Below, one piece after another: positions 46,026 through 55,659 of a stretch of 64,000 bases of DNA. This DNA is from Candidatus Mycalebacterium zealandia. Its GTDB lineage: Bacteria; Desulfobacterota_D; UBA1144; Nemesobacterales; Mycalebacteriaceae. The notes beneath the pieces were generated by a model. That model was given only the letters and a program-made list of their open reading frames with translations. It had not been told where the DNA came from and ran no database searches. The DNA lies in NCBI GenBank assembly GCA_014075295.1, contig CP046180.1:554040-618039 (forward strand), written 5' to 3'. Each line of letters opens with the position of its first letter. Position 1 is the first letter of the stretch. A program made the position numbers and the translations under genes.

Positions 46026-47005
46026 GACTTGCGGTTTTATTTTCGGCGTTTGCGCTGTTTTTCACGCCCGTTCCCTCTGTTGCCCATCACCATTTTGCGG
46101 ACGAAACACGGCACGGCGTTATAAATGTTGTTTCCACAACAGGCATTATCAATGACATTGTCAAAAATGTGGGAGGCAAAAAGGTTTCCACGACCGCGCT
46201 TATGGGGCCCGGCATTGACCCCCACCTTTACAGGGCAACCGCCGGAGACGTCAAAACGCTCGCCCGCGCCGATGTTGTTTTTCATCACGGGCTTCACCTT
46301 GAGGGGAAACTTTCCGATTTGCTGAACGGAATGCGGGCAAGGGGCATCAACACGGTTGCTGTTACCGATGAAATTCCCAAATCCATGCTGCTTTCCGCAG
46401 GTGTGCCGGGCAATTACGACCCGCATGTGTGGTTTGACCCGAATCTGTGGAGTATGTCGGTGCGCGCAGTTGCTCGTACGCTTTCGGAAATAGATCCCGC
46501 GAACTCCGCTTTTTACTCGGCCAACGCGAGTGACTACATCGCTGCTCTTTCAGAGGTTGACGGTTACGCCAGACGGAAGTTTTCAGCCATTCCGGAAAAT
46601 CTTAGGTTTATAGTCACTTCGCATGACGCGTTTGCGTATTTCGGCAGGGCTTACGGCTTTGAGGTAACTGCACTTCAAGGTGTCAGCACGGCTTCGGAAG
46701 CGGCAATTTCAGACATCCACAGAGTGGTCGACGTGATTGTGAACAACCGGCTTCCCGCGATTTTTACCGAATCGTCAGTTTCCCCGCGCTATATCAAGGC
46801 GGTCAAAGAGGCGGTGGAATATTCAGGGGTTTTAATCAAAATCGGTGGGCAACTCTACTCGGATGCGCTTGGTGGCAAGGATTCTGAGCAGGACACCTTT
46901 TACGGAATGTTCAAACACAACGTTGATGTGATTTACGGCTCTCTTTCAACAAACACCGAGCGAGAGCTTGCGACCGCGCCAAAAATTCAGGACCCGGGCC
47001 TTTGA
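46022..47005 (+). CDS. metal (Mn/Zn/Fe) ABC transporter substrate-binding protein, TroA/ZnuA/MntC cluster A-I family
   Basis: Signal peptide and TroA-like fold sequence with conserved His/Asp metal ligands. Confidence 0.8.
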   Translation: MRLAVLFSAFALFFTPVPSVAHHHFADETRHGVINVVSTTGIINDIVKNVGGKKVSTTALMGPGIDPHLYRATAGDVKTLARADVVFHHGLHLEGKLSDLLNGMRARGINTVAVTDEIPKSMLLSAGVPGNYDPHVWFDPNLWSMSVRAVARTLSEIDPANSAFYSANASDYIAALSEVDGYARRKFSAIPENLRFIVTSHDAFAYFGRAYGFEVTALQGVSTASEAAISDIHRVVDVIVNNRLPAIFTESSVSPRYIKAVKEAVEYSGVLIKIGGQLYSDALGGKDSEQDTFYGMFKHNVDVIYGSLSTNTERELATAPKIQDPGL

Positions 47006-47027
47006 CACTTGACGGATTTTTTGAGTT

Positions 47028-47741
47028 ATGGAAAATCCACTTGAAGTCAAAGGGCTGACTGTCGCGTATTCGGGATTGGTCGCATTGTGGAATATTTCAT
47101 TGACTGTTCCGCGAGGGTCTTTAACTGCCGTAGTGGGTCCTAACGGAGCGGGCAAAAGCACCCTTATAAAAGCCGTTCAAAACCTTGTGCCCAGAGCCGC
47201 GGGTGAAGTCCGGATTTTCGGAAAACTCTATGACGAGTTGAGAAAATCGGTCGCATACGTGCCGCAGCGTGGCAACGTTGACTGGAACTTTCCCGCCAGT
47301 GTTTTTGATGTGGTTCAGATGGGAACCTACGCTTCTCTGGGCTGGATGAAGAGACCCGGAGAGATAGAGAGGCGGAAAACCTTTGCCGCGCTTGAAAGAA
47401 CGGCGATGGAGGAGTTTGCCGACCGGCAGATAGGTGAGCTTTCAGGCGGACAACAGCAAAGGGTTTTTGTGGCGCGCGCCCTTGTTCAAGATGCGGATTT
47501 GTATCTTATGGACGAGCCGTTTCAGGGCGTTGACAGCGTTACGGAAATAACAATCGCGAATATTATGCGCGAGATGAGTCGGAACGGAAAAACAATGATA
47601 GTGGTTCACCATGACCTTCAAACCGTACCGGATTATTTTGACCGCGCGGCGTTGATAAACAGGGAAATTGTCGCCTGCGGAGCGGTTTCGGAGGTGTTTA
47701 ACGGAGAAAACATCGGCGTGACTTACGGTGCCGGAGGTTAG
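47028..47741 (+). CDS. metal ABC transporter ATP-binding protein
   Basis: Walker A GPNGAGKST, signature LSGGQQQR, Walker B LYLMDEP. Confidence 0.85.
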   Translation: MENPLEVKGLTVAYSGLVALWNISLTVPRGSLTAVVGPNGAGKSTLIKAVQNLVPRAAGEVRIFGKLYDELRKSVAYVPQRGNVDWNFPASVFDVVQMGTYASLGWMKRPGEIERRKTFAALERTAMEEFADRQIGELSGGQQQRVFVARALVQDADLYLMDEPFQGVDSVTEITIANIMREMSRNGKTMIVVHHDLQTVPDYFDRAALINREIVACGAVSEVFNGENIGVTYGAGG

Positions 47742-47748
47742 GGCGCGC

Positions 47749-48648
47749 ATGTGGATTTTTTCCGAACTGTTTTCGAACTACACGGTTGCCGTGGTTGTGT
47801 GTGGCGCGATTTTTCTCGGATTGACCGCAGGCGCCTGCGGAACTGTCGTGTTTGTGAGGAAGGAAACACTTCTTGCGGACGCGGTTTCGCACGGCTGCCT
47901 TCCGGGCATTGCGCTGGGATTTATGGTGGCGCAGGGCAAGTCGCCCTCAATGTTGCTTGTCGGCGCGCTTCTCACGGCGTTTGTGACCGTGGGTTTTGTG
48001 CGCCTCGCGCGTTCGGTTTCCGCTGTCAGGTTTGACAGCGCTCTCGCGATGGGTGTTTCAATCTCATTTGGGGTAGGCATTGTTCTTCTTACAGCCATTC
48101 AGTCGTCCGGCGCTTCGGGGCAGGCGGGGCTTGACAGGTTTTTGTTCGGTCAGGCAAGCGCGATGTCGCTTGATGACGTAAAAACCATTTTTATCATGGG
48201 TGCGGTCTGCGCGCTTTCTCTCGCGGTTTTCTGGAAGCATATCAAAATCGTGTGTTTTGACCGTGAATACGCCGAGTCTTCAGGCTTCAGCGTGCGCGCT
48301 GTCGGGTTTTTTCTGAACGCCTTTCTTGTTGCCGCAACCGTAATCGGGATTGAAACCGTGGGCGTTGTGTTGATGTGCTCAATGATGGTGGCTCCGGCAA
48401 TCGCGGCAAGGCATTTGACGGACACAATGGGCAAGATGACCGTGCTCGCGGCGCTTATCGGTGCCGTGGGCGGAGTTCTCGGGGTGATTGGAAGTTGGAA
48501 AATCGACAACCTTCCGACCGGTCCCGCGATTGTCGTGTGCGTTACCGTGGCGGCTCTCGCGGCCATTTTGTTCTCTCCGAAGAATGGCATCTTGGCGCGC
48601 CGTGCGAGGTTTGAATCAGCCGGGGTTGAAAATGAGCCCCGAAGTTGA
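47749..48648 (+). CDS. metal ABC transporter permease (TroC/ZnuB-like)
   Basis: Multi-TM ABC-3 family permease. ATG at 47749 just after the ATPase stop. Confidence 0.75.
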   Translation: MWIFSELFSNYTVAVVVCGAIFLGLTAGACGTVVFVRKETLLADAVSHGCLPGIALGFMVAQGKSPSMLLVGALLTAFVTVGFVRLARSVSAVRFDSALAMGVSISFGVGIVLLTAIQSSGASGQAGLDRFLFGQASAMSLDDVKTIFIMGAVCALSLAVFWKHIKIVCFDREYAESSGFSVRAVGFFLNAFLVAATVIGIETVGVVLMCSMMVAPAIAARHLTDTMGKMTVLAALIGAVGGVLGVIGSWKIDNLPTGPAIVVCVTVAALAAILFSPKNGILARRARFESAGVENEPRS

Positions 48649-49543
48649 AATACAGATAATAGCCGCGCTTGTGTCGGTCGCGTGCGCGACCATTGGGATT
48701 TTTCTGGTTCTCAGAAAGAAGGCGATGATTACAGACTCCGTGAGTCACTCAATCCTGCCGGGAATTGCGGCGGGTTTTATTTTGACCGGAAGCGTTACTT
48801 CTCCGTTGCTTGTTTTTGGAGCGTTCGCGGCGGCCATTGCAAGTGTTTTTTCGTCTGAAGCGCTCGCTCGCTTGCGCTTGATGTCAAACGACTCGGCAAT
48901 CGCTTTTGTTTACCCATTTCTTTTCAGCATCGGAGTCATACTTGTTTCGGGATACGCAGGTAACGCCCATCTGGATGTTGATTCGGTTCTGCTCGGAGAA
49001 TTGGCGCTCGCACCACTTGACAGAATCATTATTGGCGGCACGGACATAGGACCGTTCGCGCTTTATTCATCGGGTGCGATTGCAGTGCTTTGCGCCGTTT
49101 TTGTCGCCATTTTCTACAAGGAGTTGAAACTGTCAGCTTTTGATGAGTCTGCGGCGAAAACTGCGGGTTTTTCAAAATTTGTATTTTCCGCCGCTTTCTC
49201 GGCGGTGGTCTGCGCCACCTGCATTGTTGCTTTTGGCGCGGTAGGCTCGGTTCTGCTCATAGCTCTTGTGGCGACTCCGCCGTGCTGTGCTTTGCTTCTT
49301 ACGGACCGGCTCGGAAGGGCAATTGTTTTGAGCGCCGCGATTGCGGCGGCGTGCTCGGTCACGGGGTTTCACGCGGCTGTGAAGTGGAATACAAATATCG
49401 CCGGAGCCGCAACCACCGTTTTGGGAGTTGTATTTATTTTGATTCTGATTTTTTCGCCTCGAAAAGGGATTGTTTCAAGCTTGGTTGAAAACCGCAGACG
49501 CGAAAAACAGATTCAAGCAGCTCTGCGGAAATTGTCCTCTTAG
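48632..49543 (+). CDS. metal ABC transporter permease (second subunit, TroD-like)
   Basis: Paralogous ABC-3 permease starting MSPEVEIQII. Overlaps the previous gene's end. Confidence 0.75.
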   Translation: MSPEVEIQIIAALVSVACATIGIFLVLRKKAMITDSVSHSILPGIAAGFILTGSVTSPLLVFGAFAAAIASVFSSEALARLRLMSNDSAIAFVYPFLFSIGVILVSGYAGNAHLDVDSVLLGELALAPLDRIIIGGTDIGPFALYSSGAIAVLCAVFVAIFYKELKLSAFDESAAKTAGFSKFVFSAAFSAVVCATCIVAFGAVGSVLLIALVATPPCCALLLTDRLGRAIVLSAAIAAACSVTGFHAAVKWNTNIAGAATTVLGVVFILILIFSPRKGIVSSLVENRRREKQIQAALRKLSS

Positions 49544-49589
49544 TCTTGCGTTCGCACCACGCGCTGTTAATCTAAAATTTGATAGAGCA

Positions 49590-49886
49590 ATGACTAAGTC
49601 CGACATCAGCAGAAACATATTCTACAAGTTTCGTCTCTCCGCCACTGACGCGGACGCGATTCTGAACACAATCATAGATTGCATGTCAAACGCGATTGTG
49701 TCCGGTTCGCGTGTTGAAATCAGAGGTTTTGGAAGTTTCTACACCAAGGCGTGTAAGCCCTACACGGGCAGAAACCCCCGCACGGGCGAAAACGTTGAAG
49801 TGAAGGCAAAGCAATTGCCGTGTTTCAGACAGGGCAAAGGCATCAGAGATGCTTTCAAAACCCTTTCCGAACGGGAATCTTCTTAA
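49590..49886 (+). CDS. HU/IHF-family DNA-binding protein (IHF beta-like)
   Basis: 98 aa with VEIRGFGSFYTK...RNPRTGENVEV beta-arm. Confidence 0.75.
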   Translation: MTKSDISRNIFYKFRLSATDADAILNTIIDCMSNAIVSGSRVEIRGFGSFYTKACKPYTGRNPRTGENVEVKAKQLPCFRQGKGIRDAFKTLSERESS

Positions 49887-49898
49887 AAAAGCGCGAAA

Positions 49899-50528
49899 AT
49901 GGCTCTGCTGAAAATTCTACGCTATCCAGATCCCAAATTGAGAAAAAAGGGCGTCTCGGTCGGCAAAATTGACGGCCGTATTCACCTCCTTCTTGACAAT
50001 ATGCTTGAGACCATGCGCGATGAGCGGGGAGTGGGACTTTCCGCGCCGCAGGTAGGGGAAAACATAAGGGTTGTTCTTGTGTCTGACACGCGCGATTTTG
50101 AGCCTGCGGAGGTTCCCGCGGACGAAGACGCGTCCACTGACCTGAGGGAAGAGGAAGCGCCTGTTGAAATGCCCGTGATTGAGATGATAAACCCCGTCAT
50201 AGAGAAATCTTCGGGCTTAATGGATGAGGACACCGAGGGCTGCCTCAGTATTCCGGGTTTTACGGGCAGGGTGAAAAGGAGCAAAAGTGTTGAAGTCAAG
50301 TGGCTTTGCCGTGACGGAAAACAGCATTCCATGACTGCGAGCGGGTTTACGGCGAGAATAGTTCAACACGAGATTGACCACCTTGACGGAACGCTTTTTA
50401 TTGACCGTTTGAGCGCTCTTAAAAAACAGATGATGCTGAAAAAAATGGACAAGGTTTTCGGCGCGGTTTCAGACACTCCGCAGGCGCCCGTGGCAAAAAA
50501 ACAGAAAAAAGGCGCGGCGCACGAATAA
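49899..50528 (+). CDS. def: peptide deformylase with extended C-terminus
   Basis: GVGLSAPQVG, EGCLSIPG and QHEIDHLDG motifs. About 40 extra C-terminal residues. Confidence 0.85.
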   Translation: MALLKILRYPDPKLRKKGVSVGKIDGRIHLLLDNMLETMRDERGVGLSAPQVGENIRVVLVSDTRDFEPAEVPADEDASTDLREEEAPVEMPVIEMINPVIEKSSGLMDEDTEGCLSIPGFTGRVKRSKSVEVKWLCRDGKQHSMTASGFTARIVQHEIDHLDGTLFIDRLSALKKQMMLKKMDKVFGAVSDTPQAPVAKKQKKGAAHE

Positions 50529-51691
50529 TGGCTTCTTCGGGGGAAATTGTGCTCTCCCGTCTTGCCGAAGGGCTTGAGCCCTTCTACGTGATGGAGACTC
50601 TTGAGACGGCGGCACGAATGGAGAAGGAGGGAATTGATGTTATTCATTTTGAGGTGGGGCATCCAGACCTTCCGACTGCGCCCGAAGTTTGCGAAGCGGC
50701 GATAGAGGCGGTCAAACGCGGCGAAACGGCTTACGCGCCGAGCACGGGCATTGATTCCTTAAAAGAGCGCATAGCGCAAGCACACTGTTCGAGATACGGC
50801 TTGAATGTTACGGCAAGCAATGTGTTGGTAACGTCGGGCAGTTCTCCCGCTCTGCTGATTGCCGTGCTTTGCGTTGTCAATCCGGGTGATGAGGTTGTTA
50901 TTACGGACCCGCACTACGCATGCTATCCGGGAATGATTAAATCCGCGGGAGGTGTTCCCGTTACGGTCCCCGTGTATGCCGAAGAGAAATATCAAATTGA
51001 TATGGCGCGGTTGAAAAAGGTTTTAAGTCCGAGAACAAAGGCGATTATCATCAACTCCCCCTCCAACCCCACCGGGGCGATTCAAATTGAAGAGACGCTT
51101 GCCGAAATATCATCGCTCGGAATTTTCGTTATATCGGATGAAATCTATCACGGGCTTGAATACGGCGTGAAGTCAAAATCGGTTTTGAATCATACAAACC
51201 GTGCGGTTGCGGTTAACGGATTTTCAAAACTGTGCTCAATGACCGGCTGGCGGCTTGGATATATGATAGCGCCGGAGCCGTTTATACGCGCCGCTCAGAA
51301 ATTTCAGCAGAACCTCTTTCTGTGCGCGAACCCGTTTGTTCAACGCGGGGGGGAAGCGGCCGTTGAATATGTTTTTCCGCAAGCGGACGAAATTGCCGCA
51401 ATCTATATGAAGCGCAGAGACGCGATGATAAAAGAGCTTTCCAAAGCCGGGATTTCTCCCTGCGGTGATCCGCGCGGGGCTTTTTATGTTTTTGTGAAGA
51501 TTCCCGGTAAAAACACCGATTCGCGCCGGGTCGCGTCCAACATTCTTGAGAAAACCCATGTTGCCGTCACGCCGGGTTTTGATTTCGGCCGTGAAGGTGA
51601 GGGGCACTTGCGCTTTTCATACGCAACGGGGATTGATAAAATCAACGAGGGGATAACCCGAATCGTGGATTATTTGCAAAAAACATTATGA
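50528..51691 (+). CDS. PLP-dependent aminotransferase class I/II (aspartate/aromatic-type)
   Basis: Fold-type I aminotransferase with SKLCSMTGWRLGY, a Lys-containing PLP region. 387 aa. Confidence 0.75.
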   Translation: MASSGEIVLSRLAEGLEPFYVMETLETAARMEKEGIDVIHFEVGHPDLPTAPEVCEAAIEAVKRGETAYAPSTGIDSLKERIAQAHCSRYGLNVTASNVLVTSGSSPALLIAVLCVVNPGDEVVITDPHYACYPGMIKSAGGVPVTVPVYAEEKYQIDMARLKKVLSPRTKAIIINSPSNPTGAIQIEETLAEISSLGIFVISDEIYHGLEYGVKSKSVLNHTNRAVAVNGFSKLCSMTGWRLGYMIAPEPFIRAAQKFQQNLFLCANPFVQRGGEAAVEYVFPQADEIAAIYMKRRDAMIKELSKAGISPCGDPRGAFYVFVKIPGKNTDSRRVASNILEKTHVAVTPGFDFGREGEGHLRFSYATGIDKINEGITRIVDYLQKTL

Positions 51692-52434
51692 GAAAAAAAC
51701 TTATCGCGGCGAACTGGAAAATGAACAAAACGCGCGCCGAAGCTACGGATTTTACCCGCGTTTTTGCCGGAAAGTTTTCAAATTCGGACTGCGAAATCAC
51801 CTTGTTTCCGCCTTTTACTGCGATTGAGGCAGTTGCGAAAGAGGTGGACGGAAAGGGAATGACGGTTGGAGCGCAGGATGTTTTTTACGAAAACAGCGGC
51901 GCTTACACCGGAGAAGTTTCCTGCGTGATGCTTGCGGATTTGGGATGCGCAATGGTAATCGCGGGGCATTCGGAAAGGCGGCACATTTTTGGCGAGAGCG
52001 ATGAACTTGTGGCGAAAAAAACACATGCTGTTGTTAGAAACGGAATGGGAGTGTTGCTGTGTGTTGGCGAGACCGATTCGCAAAGAATTGACGGAAAAGA
52101 AAAAGATGTTGTGCGTCAACAGTTAACTTCCGCGCTCAAGGGCGTTCCGCCCGGTCTGACAACCGTCGCATATGAGCCCGTGTGGGCGATTGGAACCGGA
52201 AATAACGCGAAATCCGGGGATATAGAGGAGATGCATATTTTCATGAGAGATGTTCTTGGCGGCATTTTCGGAGCGGATTCAGACGGCATCAAGATTTTAT
52301 ACGGAGGCAGTATAAATCCCGGAAATGCCTCGGAGATTGCCCGCGTTCAAGGAGTGGACGGCATGCTTGTGGGAACGGCAAGTCTTGAATTGGAATCATT
52401 TGTCAGCATAATAGAGGCGTCTTTGGCGGATTGA
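51688..52434 (+). CDS. tpiA: triose-phosphate isomerase
   Basis: AANWKMNKT, AGHSERR and catalytic Glu in the YEPVWAIGTG region. Confidence 0.9.
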   Translation: MRKKLIAANWKMNKTRAEATDFTRVFAGKFSNSDCEITLFPPFTAIEAVAKEVDGKGMTVGAQDVFYENSGAYTGEVSCVMLADLGCAMVIAGHSERRHIFGESDELVAKKTHAVVRNGMGVLLCVGETDSQRIDGKEKDVVRQQLTSALKGVPPGLTTVAYEPVWAIGTGNNAKSGDIEEMHIFMRDVLGGIFGADSDGIKILYGGSINPGNASEIARVQGVDGMLVGTASLELESFVSIIEASLAD

Positions 52435-52437
52435 AAA

Positions 52438-52785
52438 ATGGAAGTTTTAACGCCCTTTATAGAAACCGTCCACATTGTTGTGGCTTTGATAATGATAGTT
52501 GTCATTCTCATTCAGCCGAGTGGAACGGACGAGTTGGGAACCGTTTTCGGCGGCGGAACGTCTGAATCCGTTTTCGGAGCGGGCGGAGCGACCCCGTTTC
52601 TATCAAAAGCAACCAGATTTATGGCGATTGTTTTTGTGTCCACATCGCTTCTGCTTGGATATATTTCTTTCACGCAGTCATCAGAATCAGTTTTTGATGG
52701 CTCGGTTCCTCAGAGCCAGATGATTGAATTTGACGGTTCGACAGCGCCCGCAGAGGAAGGCGCATCCGGAGAGAGTTCCAAATAG
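52438..52785 (+). CDS. secG: preprotein translocase subunit SecG
   Basis: Two TM helices with a Gly-rich loop (GTVFGGGTSESVFGAGGA). Located after tpiA. Confidence 0.8.
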   Translation: MEVLTPFIETVHIVVALIMIVVILIQPSGTDELGTVFGGGTSESVFGAGGATPFLSKATRFMAIVFVSTSLLLGYISFTQSSESVFDGSVPQSQMIEFDGSTAPAEEGASGESSK

Positions 52786-52816
52786 GGAAAGGCGGAGATA
52801 TAAAGGAGAGGTTTTT

Positions 52817-53083
52817 ATGCCGTATATAATTGCAGAACCGTGCATTGACGTTAAGGACAAATCGTGTGTTGAAGCTTGCCCCGTGGATTGCATATACGAA
52901 GGGGATGAGCAGTTGTTTATTGAGCCCAATGAGTGCATTGATTGCGGAGCATGCGTTGACCCGTGTCCGGTGGACGCTATTTTCCATGAAGATGAAGTCC
53001 CTGAAAAATGGCATAAGTTTATCAAAGAGAACAGCGATTTCTTTGAGGGGAAAAAGGATCTCAAGCCCGCCACAAAAGACTGA
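52817..53083 (+). CDS. fdxA: 7Fe-type ferredoxin (FdxA-like, [3Fe-4S][4Fe-4S])
   Basis: MPYIIAEPCIDVKDKSCVEACPVDCIYEGD...ECIDCGACVDPCPVDAIFHEDEVPEKW matches the Azotobacter-type 7Fe ferredoxin pattern. RBS AAGGAGAGG. Confidence 0.8.
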   Translation: MPYIIAEPCIDVKDKSCVEACPVDCIYEGDEQLFIEPNECIDCGACVDPCPVDAIFHEDEVPEKWHKFIKENSDFFEGKKDLKPATKD

Positions 53084-53726
53084 TAAATCCAACCCCGTCA
53101 AGGAAAAAGTTTCACGCGTCTCGGTTTTTCTTAAAAAACAATATCCTGACGTCCGCTGTCATTTGAACTACAACTCCGCGTTTGAACTGCTTATCGGTTC
53201 AATCCTTTCGGCTCAGTGCACGGACAAGAGGGTTAATGAAATCACTCCGGGGCTTTTCAAAAAATATCCTGACGTCGCCAGTTTTGCGAGCGCGAAAGGC
53301 TCCGAACTGGAAAAGGATATTTTCAGCGCGGGGTTTTATAAAAACAAAACGAAATCAATAATTGGTTGCTGTAAAGGAATTGCCGACAAACACGGCGATG
53401 CGGTTCCCGACACAATGGAAGAACTTAAAGCACTGCCCGGAATAGGCAGGAAAACCGCCAATGTGGTTCTCGGAAACTGGTTCGGTAAGCCCGGCATCAT
53501 TGTTGACACACACATAACCCGTCTTTCCCGAAGGCTCGGAATGAGTTCAAAAAACACCGCCGAAGGCATAGAAAAAGACCTGATGGCGCTTGTGCCGCGA
53601 AAAGACTGGACATTTTTTTCAAACTCTTTGGGCGAACACGGAAGGCAGATTTGCAAATCGCGCGCGCCTCTTTGTACCAGATGCGGAGTTTCTGAATTTT
53701 GCGTATGGAGCGGAAAAAATGATTGA
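52986..53726 (+). CDS. nth: endonuclease III (DNA glycosylase/AP lyase)
   Basis: LIGSILSAQCTDKRVN, helix-hairpin-helix LPGIGRKTANVV, catalytic region, and C-terminal 4Fe-4S loop CKSRAPLCTRCGVSEFC. The frame is open back to 52830 overlapping fdxA, and no canonical start lies near the expected position, so the start is uncertain. Confidence 0.7.
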   Translation: MKMKSLKNGISLSKRTAISLRGKRISSPPQKTDKSNPVKEKVSRVSVFLKKQYPDVRCHLNYNSAFELLIGSILSAQCTDKRVNEITPGLFKKYPDVASFASAKGSELEKDIFSAGFYKNKTKSIIGCCKGIADKHGDAVPDTMEELKALPGIGRKTANVVLGNWFGKPGIIVDTHITRLSRRLGMSSKNTAEGIEKDLMALVPRKDWTFFSNSLGEHGRQICKSRAPLCTRCGVSEFCVWSGKND

Positions 53727-54630
53727 AAACTCCGGTGCGGACACTTCGGTTCAGGAACTCATAACAATTCCCACCGAGGGTGGAAATGTTAACGCCCTTT
53801 TCTACAAGTGTGAAAACGGTGGATATGGCAAAGAGCCTGTTATCATCCATGTTCACGGGTTTCTGGGCAATTTTCTTGAGGGAAGCCAGAGGTTTCTACC
53901 CCCAATTCTTGCCAAAGCCGGATATTCATCCATAGCCATTAATACGCGCCTTTCAAATTTCAGCCTGTTTTTCGGCTACGGAATAGTGAACAGCACAATT
54001 CCGCAGATAGACGGCGTTATCAAATTCCTACGCGAAATGGGTTATGACAAAATCATAATTTCGGGTTACAGCCTCGGCGGCTGTATTGCCGTCAGATACG
54101 TGTCGTCCAAAGCGGGAACAAAAGAGGCGGACGCTTTGAGCGGAATGATAGCGATCGCCACTCCGTATTCAATGCCGGACTCCATAAAAAGAAGATGGGA
54201 CAAATGGCAGAGCAGTCCGTCTTATGATCAAATTTATGAGGAAGCCAAAGAGATTCTGGGTTCCGACCCGATGAATTCAACCAGAGACCGCACAATTATA
54301 ATCCACAAAGCGCGCGGCGACAGTTTCAGCCCCGAACACTGTGAGATATACACCTACAAAACCTGGTGGTTTCTCGCAGGTCCCGAAGCCACAAGCACAA
54401 AAACCTACAAACAGATAGAGAACATCAAAGTGCCTACGTTGCTGATTCAGGGCTGGGATGACAAAATTGTGTATCCGAACGAAACACACGACCTGTGTCA
54501 AACGGCGACTGAAGCGGGCAACAATGATGTGTCCGCGTTTTTCCTCAACGCCGGGCACACGCTTGAAGGCAAAGAGGACGAATTGGGCGAGATTATCACA
54601 AACTGGCTGCGGAGAAGAACCGGCAACTGA
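53719..54630 (+). CDS. alpha/beta-hydrolase fold protein (paralog 1)
   Basis: IHVHGFLGNFLEG and a GYSLGG nucleophile elbow. ATG at 53719 overlaps the nth stop. Confidence 0.6.
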   Translation: MIENSGADTSVQELITIPTEGGNVNALFYKCENGGYGKEPVIIHVHGFLGNFLEGSQRFLPPILAKAGYSSIAINTRLSNFSLFFGYGIVNSTIPQIDGVIKFLREMGYDKIIISGYSLGGCIAVRYVSSKAGTKEADALSGMIAIATPYSMPDSIKRRWDKWQSSPSYDQIYEEAKEILGSDPMNSTRDRTIIIHKARGDSFSPEHCEIYTYKTWWFLAGPEATSTKTYKQIENIKVPTLLIQGWDDKIVYPNETHDLCQTATEAGNNDVSAFFLNAGHTLEGKEDELGEIITNWLRRRTGN

Positions 54631-55526
54631 TGGGTTTTCAACGGCGACAGCTTCTCAGTTATAAAGCGCGAGACGGTTTTGAAATTGACTCTCTTCTTAC
54701 CACTCCGGCGGTGAAAAACGAAGATGTTTTGTGCCGAATTCCCGTCATCATCAACATACATGGGGTTCTAGGCAACTTCCTTGCGCGGGGAACTCCGAAA
54801 ATTTTCCCCTCCGTTATGCTTGAACGGGGGTATTCAACGTTTTCAATAAACACGCGCATGGCATTTATGGGGCAGATATTTGGAACGGGCATTTTTGACA
54901 AGGCGTGGGAGGATGTGGAATGCTCGGTTGAGGTTTTGAGCAAAGAGGGTTTTGAGAATATCTACATTATGGGATACAGCATGGGGGCAAACATAGCGGT
55001 TGACTACATGGAACGCCGCCCGGATTCTCCGGTGAAGGGGTTGATTCTTGAAGGGTGCTCACCGTCTCTTCCCGAGTCGCAAAAAAGCCGGCTGGACAAG
55101 TGGGGCAGTATACCCGGGTATAACGATATTTATAAAAAGGCGAAATCGGTTTTGAAGCCTGACCCCGAAACGTCCAAAAACGATCAGATTTTTGTCGTTT
55201 ACAGAGCGTGGGGAGAGTCTCTTGCTCCGGTGGATGTTGAGATGTTCACTTATAAAACATGGTGGTTTATGAGAGGTCCGGATGCCGAGCGCGCCAAGAC
55301 AAAAAACATCATAGGGGCTGTTGCCGCGCCCGTGCTTTTTATCAACGGAGCAAATGACGACATAGTTTTCGCGGGCGAGCCGGAGAAATTGAAGGACATT
55401 TTGAACAAATCTGGAAACAGCGACGTTGAGATTGAGTACATACCGGACGCTGGGCATGACTGTTTGGAAAATCCGGAATATTGCGCCGATGTCATGGACA
55501 GGTGGATAAAGAGACACGAAGGGTGA
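54630..55526 (+). CDS. alpha/beta-hydrolase fold protein (paralog 2)
   Basis: Same architecture as the preceding gene: INIHGVLGNFLARG, a GYSMGA elbow, and a shared YKTWWF motif. Confidence 0.6.
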   Translation: MGFQRRQLLSYKARDGFEIDSLLTTPAVKNEDVLCRIPVIINIHGVLGNFLARGTPKIFPSVMLERGYSTFSINTRMAFMGQIFGTGIFDKAWEDVECSVEVLSKEGFENIYIMGYSMGANIAVDYMERRPDSPVKGLILEGCSPSLPESQKSRLDKWGSIPGYNDIYKKAKSVLKPDPETSKNDQIFVVYRAWGESLAPVDVEMFTYKTWWFMRGPDAERAKTKNIIGAVAAPVLFINGANDDIVFAGEPEKLKDILNKSGNSDVEIEYIPDAGHDCLENPEYCADVMDRWIKRHEG

Positions 55527-55659
55527 ATTTCTTCAAAAACACATATTGCAAAATTGTTTTCCATAATATATTTTTCCCGAGTCTGCGGCGGAGTCGCCGG
55601 TATAGTACGGAATTTATAGGAAAGAAACTCTGACAAGTGTGTGTTGTGGCTTTACGGTT

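Noticed and set aside
55527-55659. Possible sigma70 promoter upstream of pckA (TTGCAA ... CATAATAT)
   Set aside because: The spacing between the hexamers is 12-13 nt, too short for a canonical promoter. Left unannotated.
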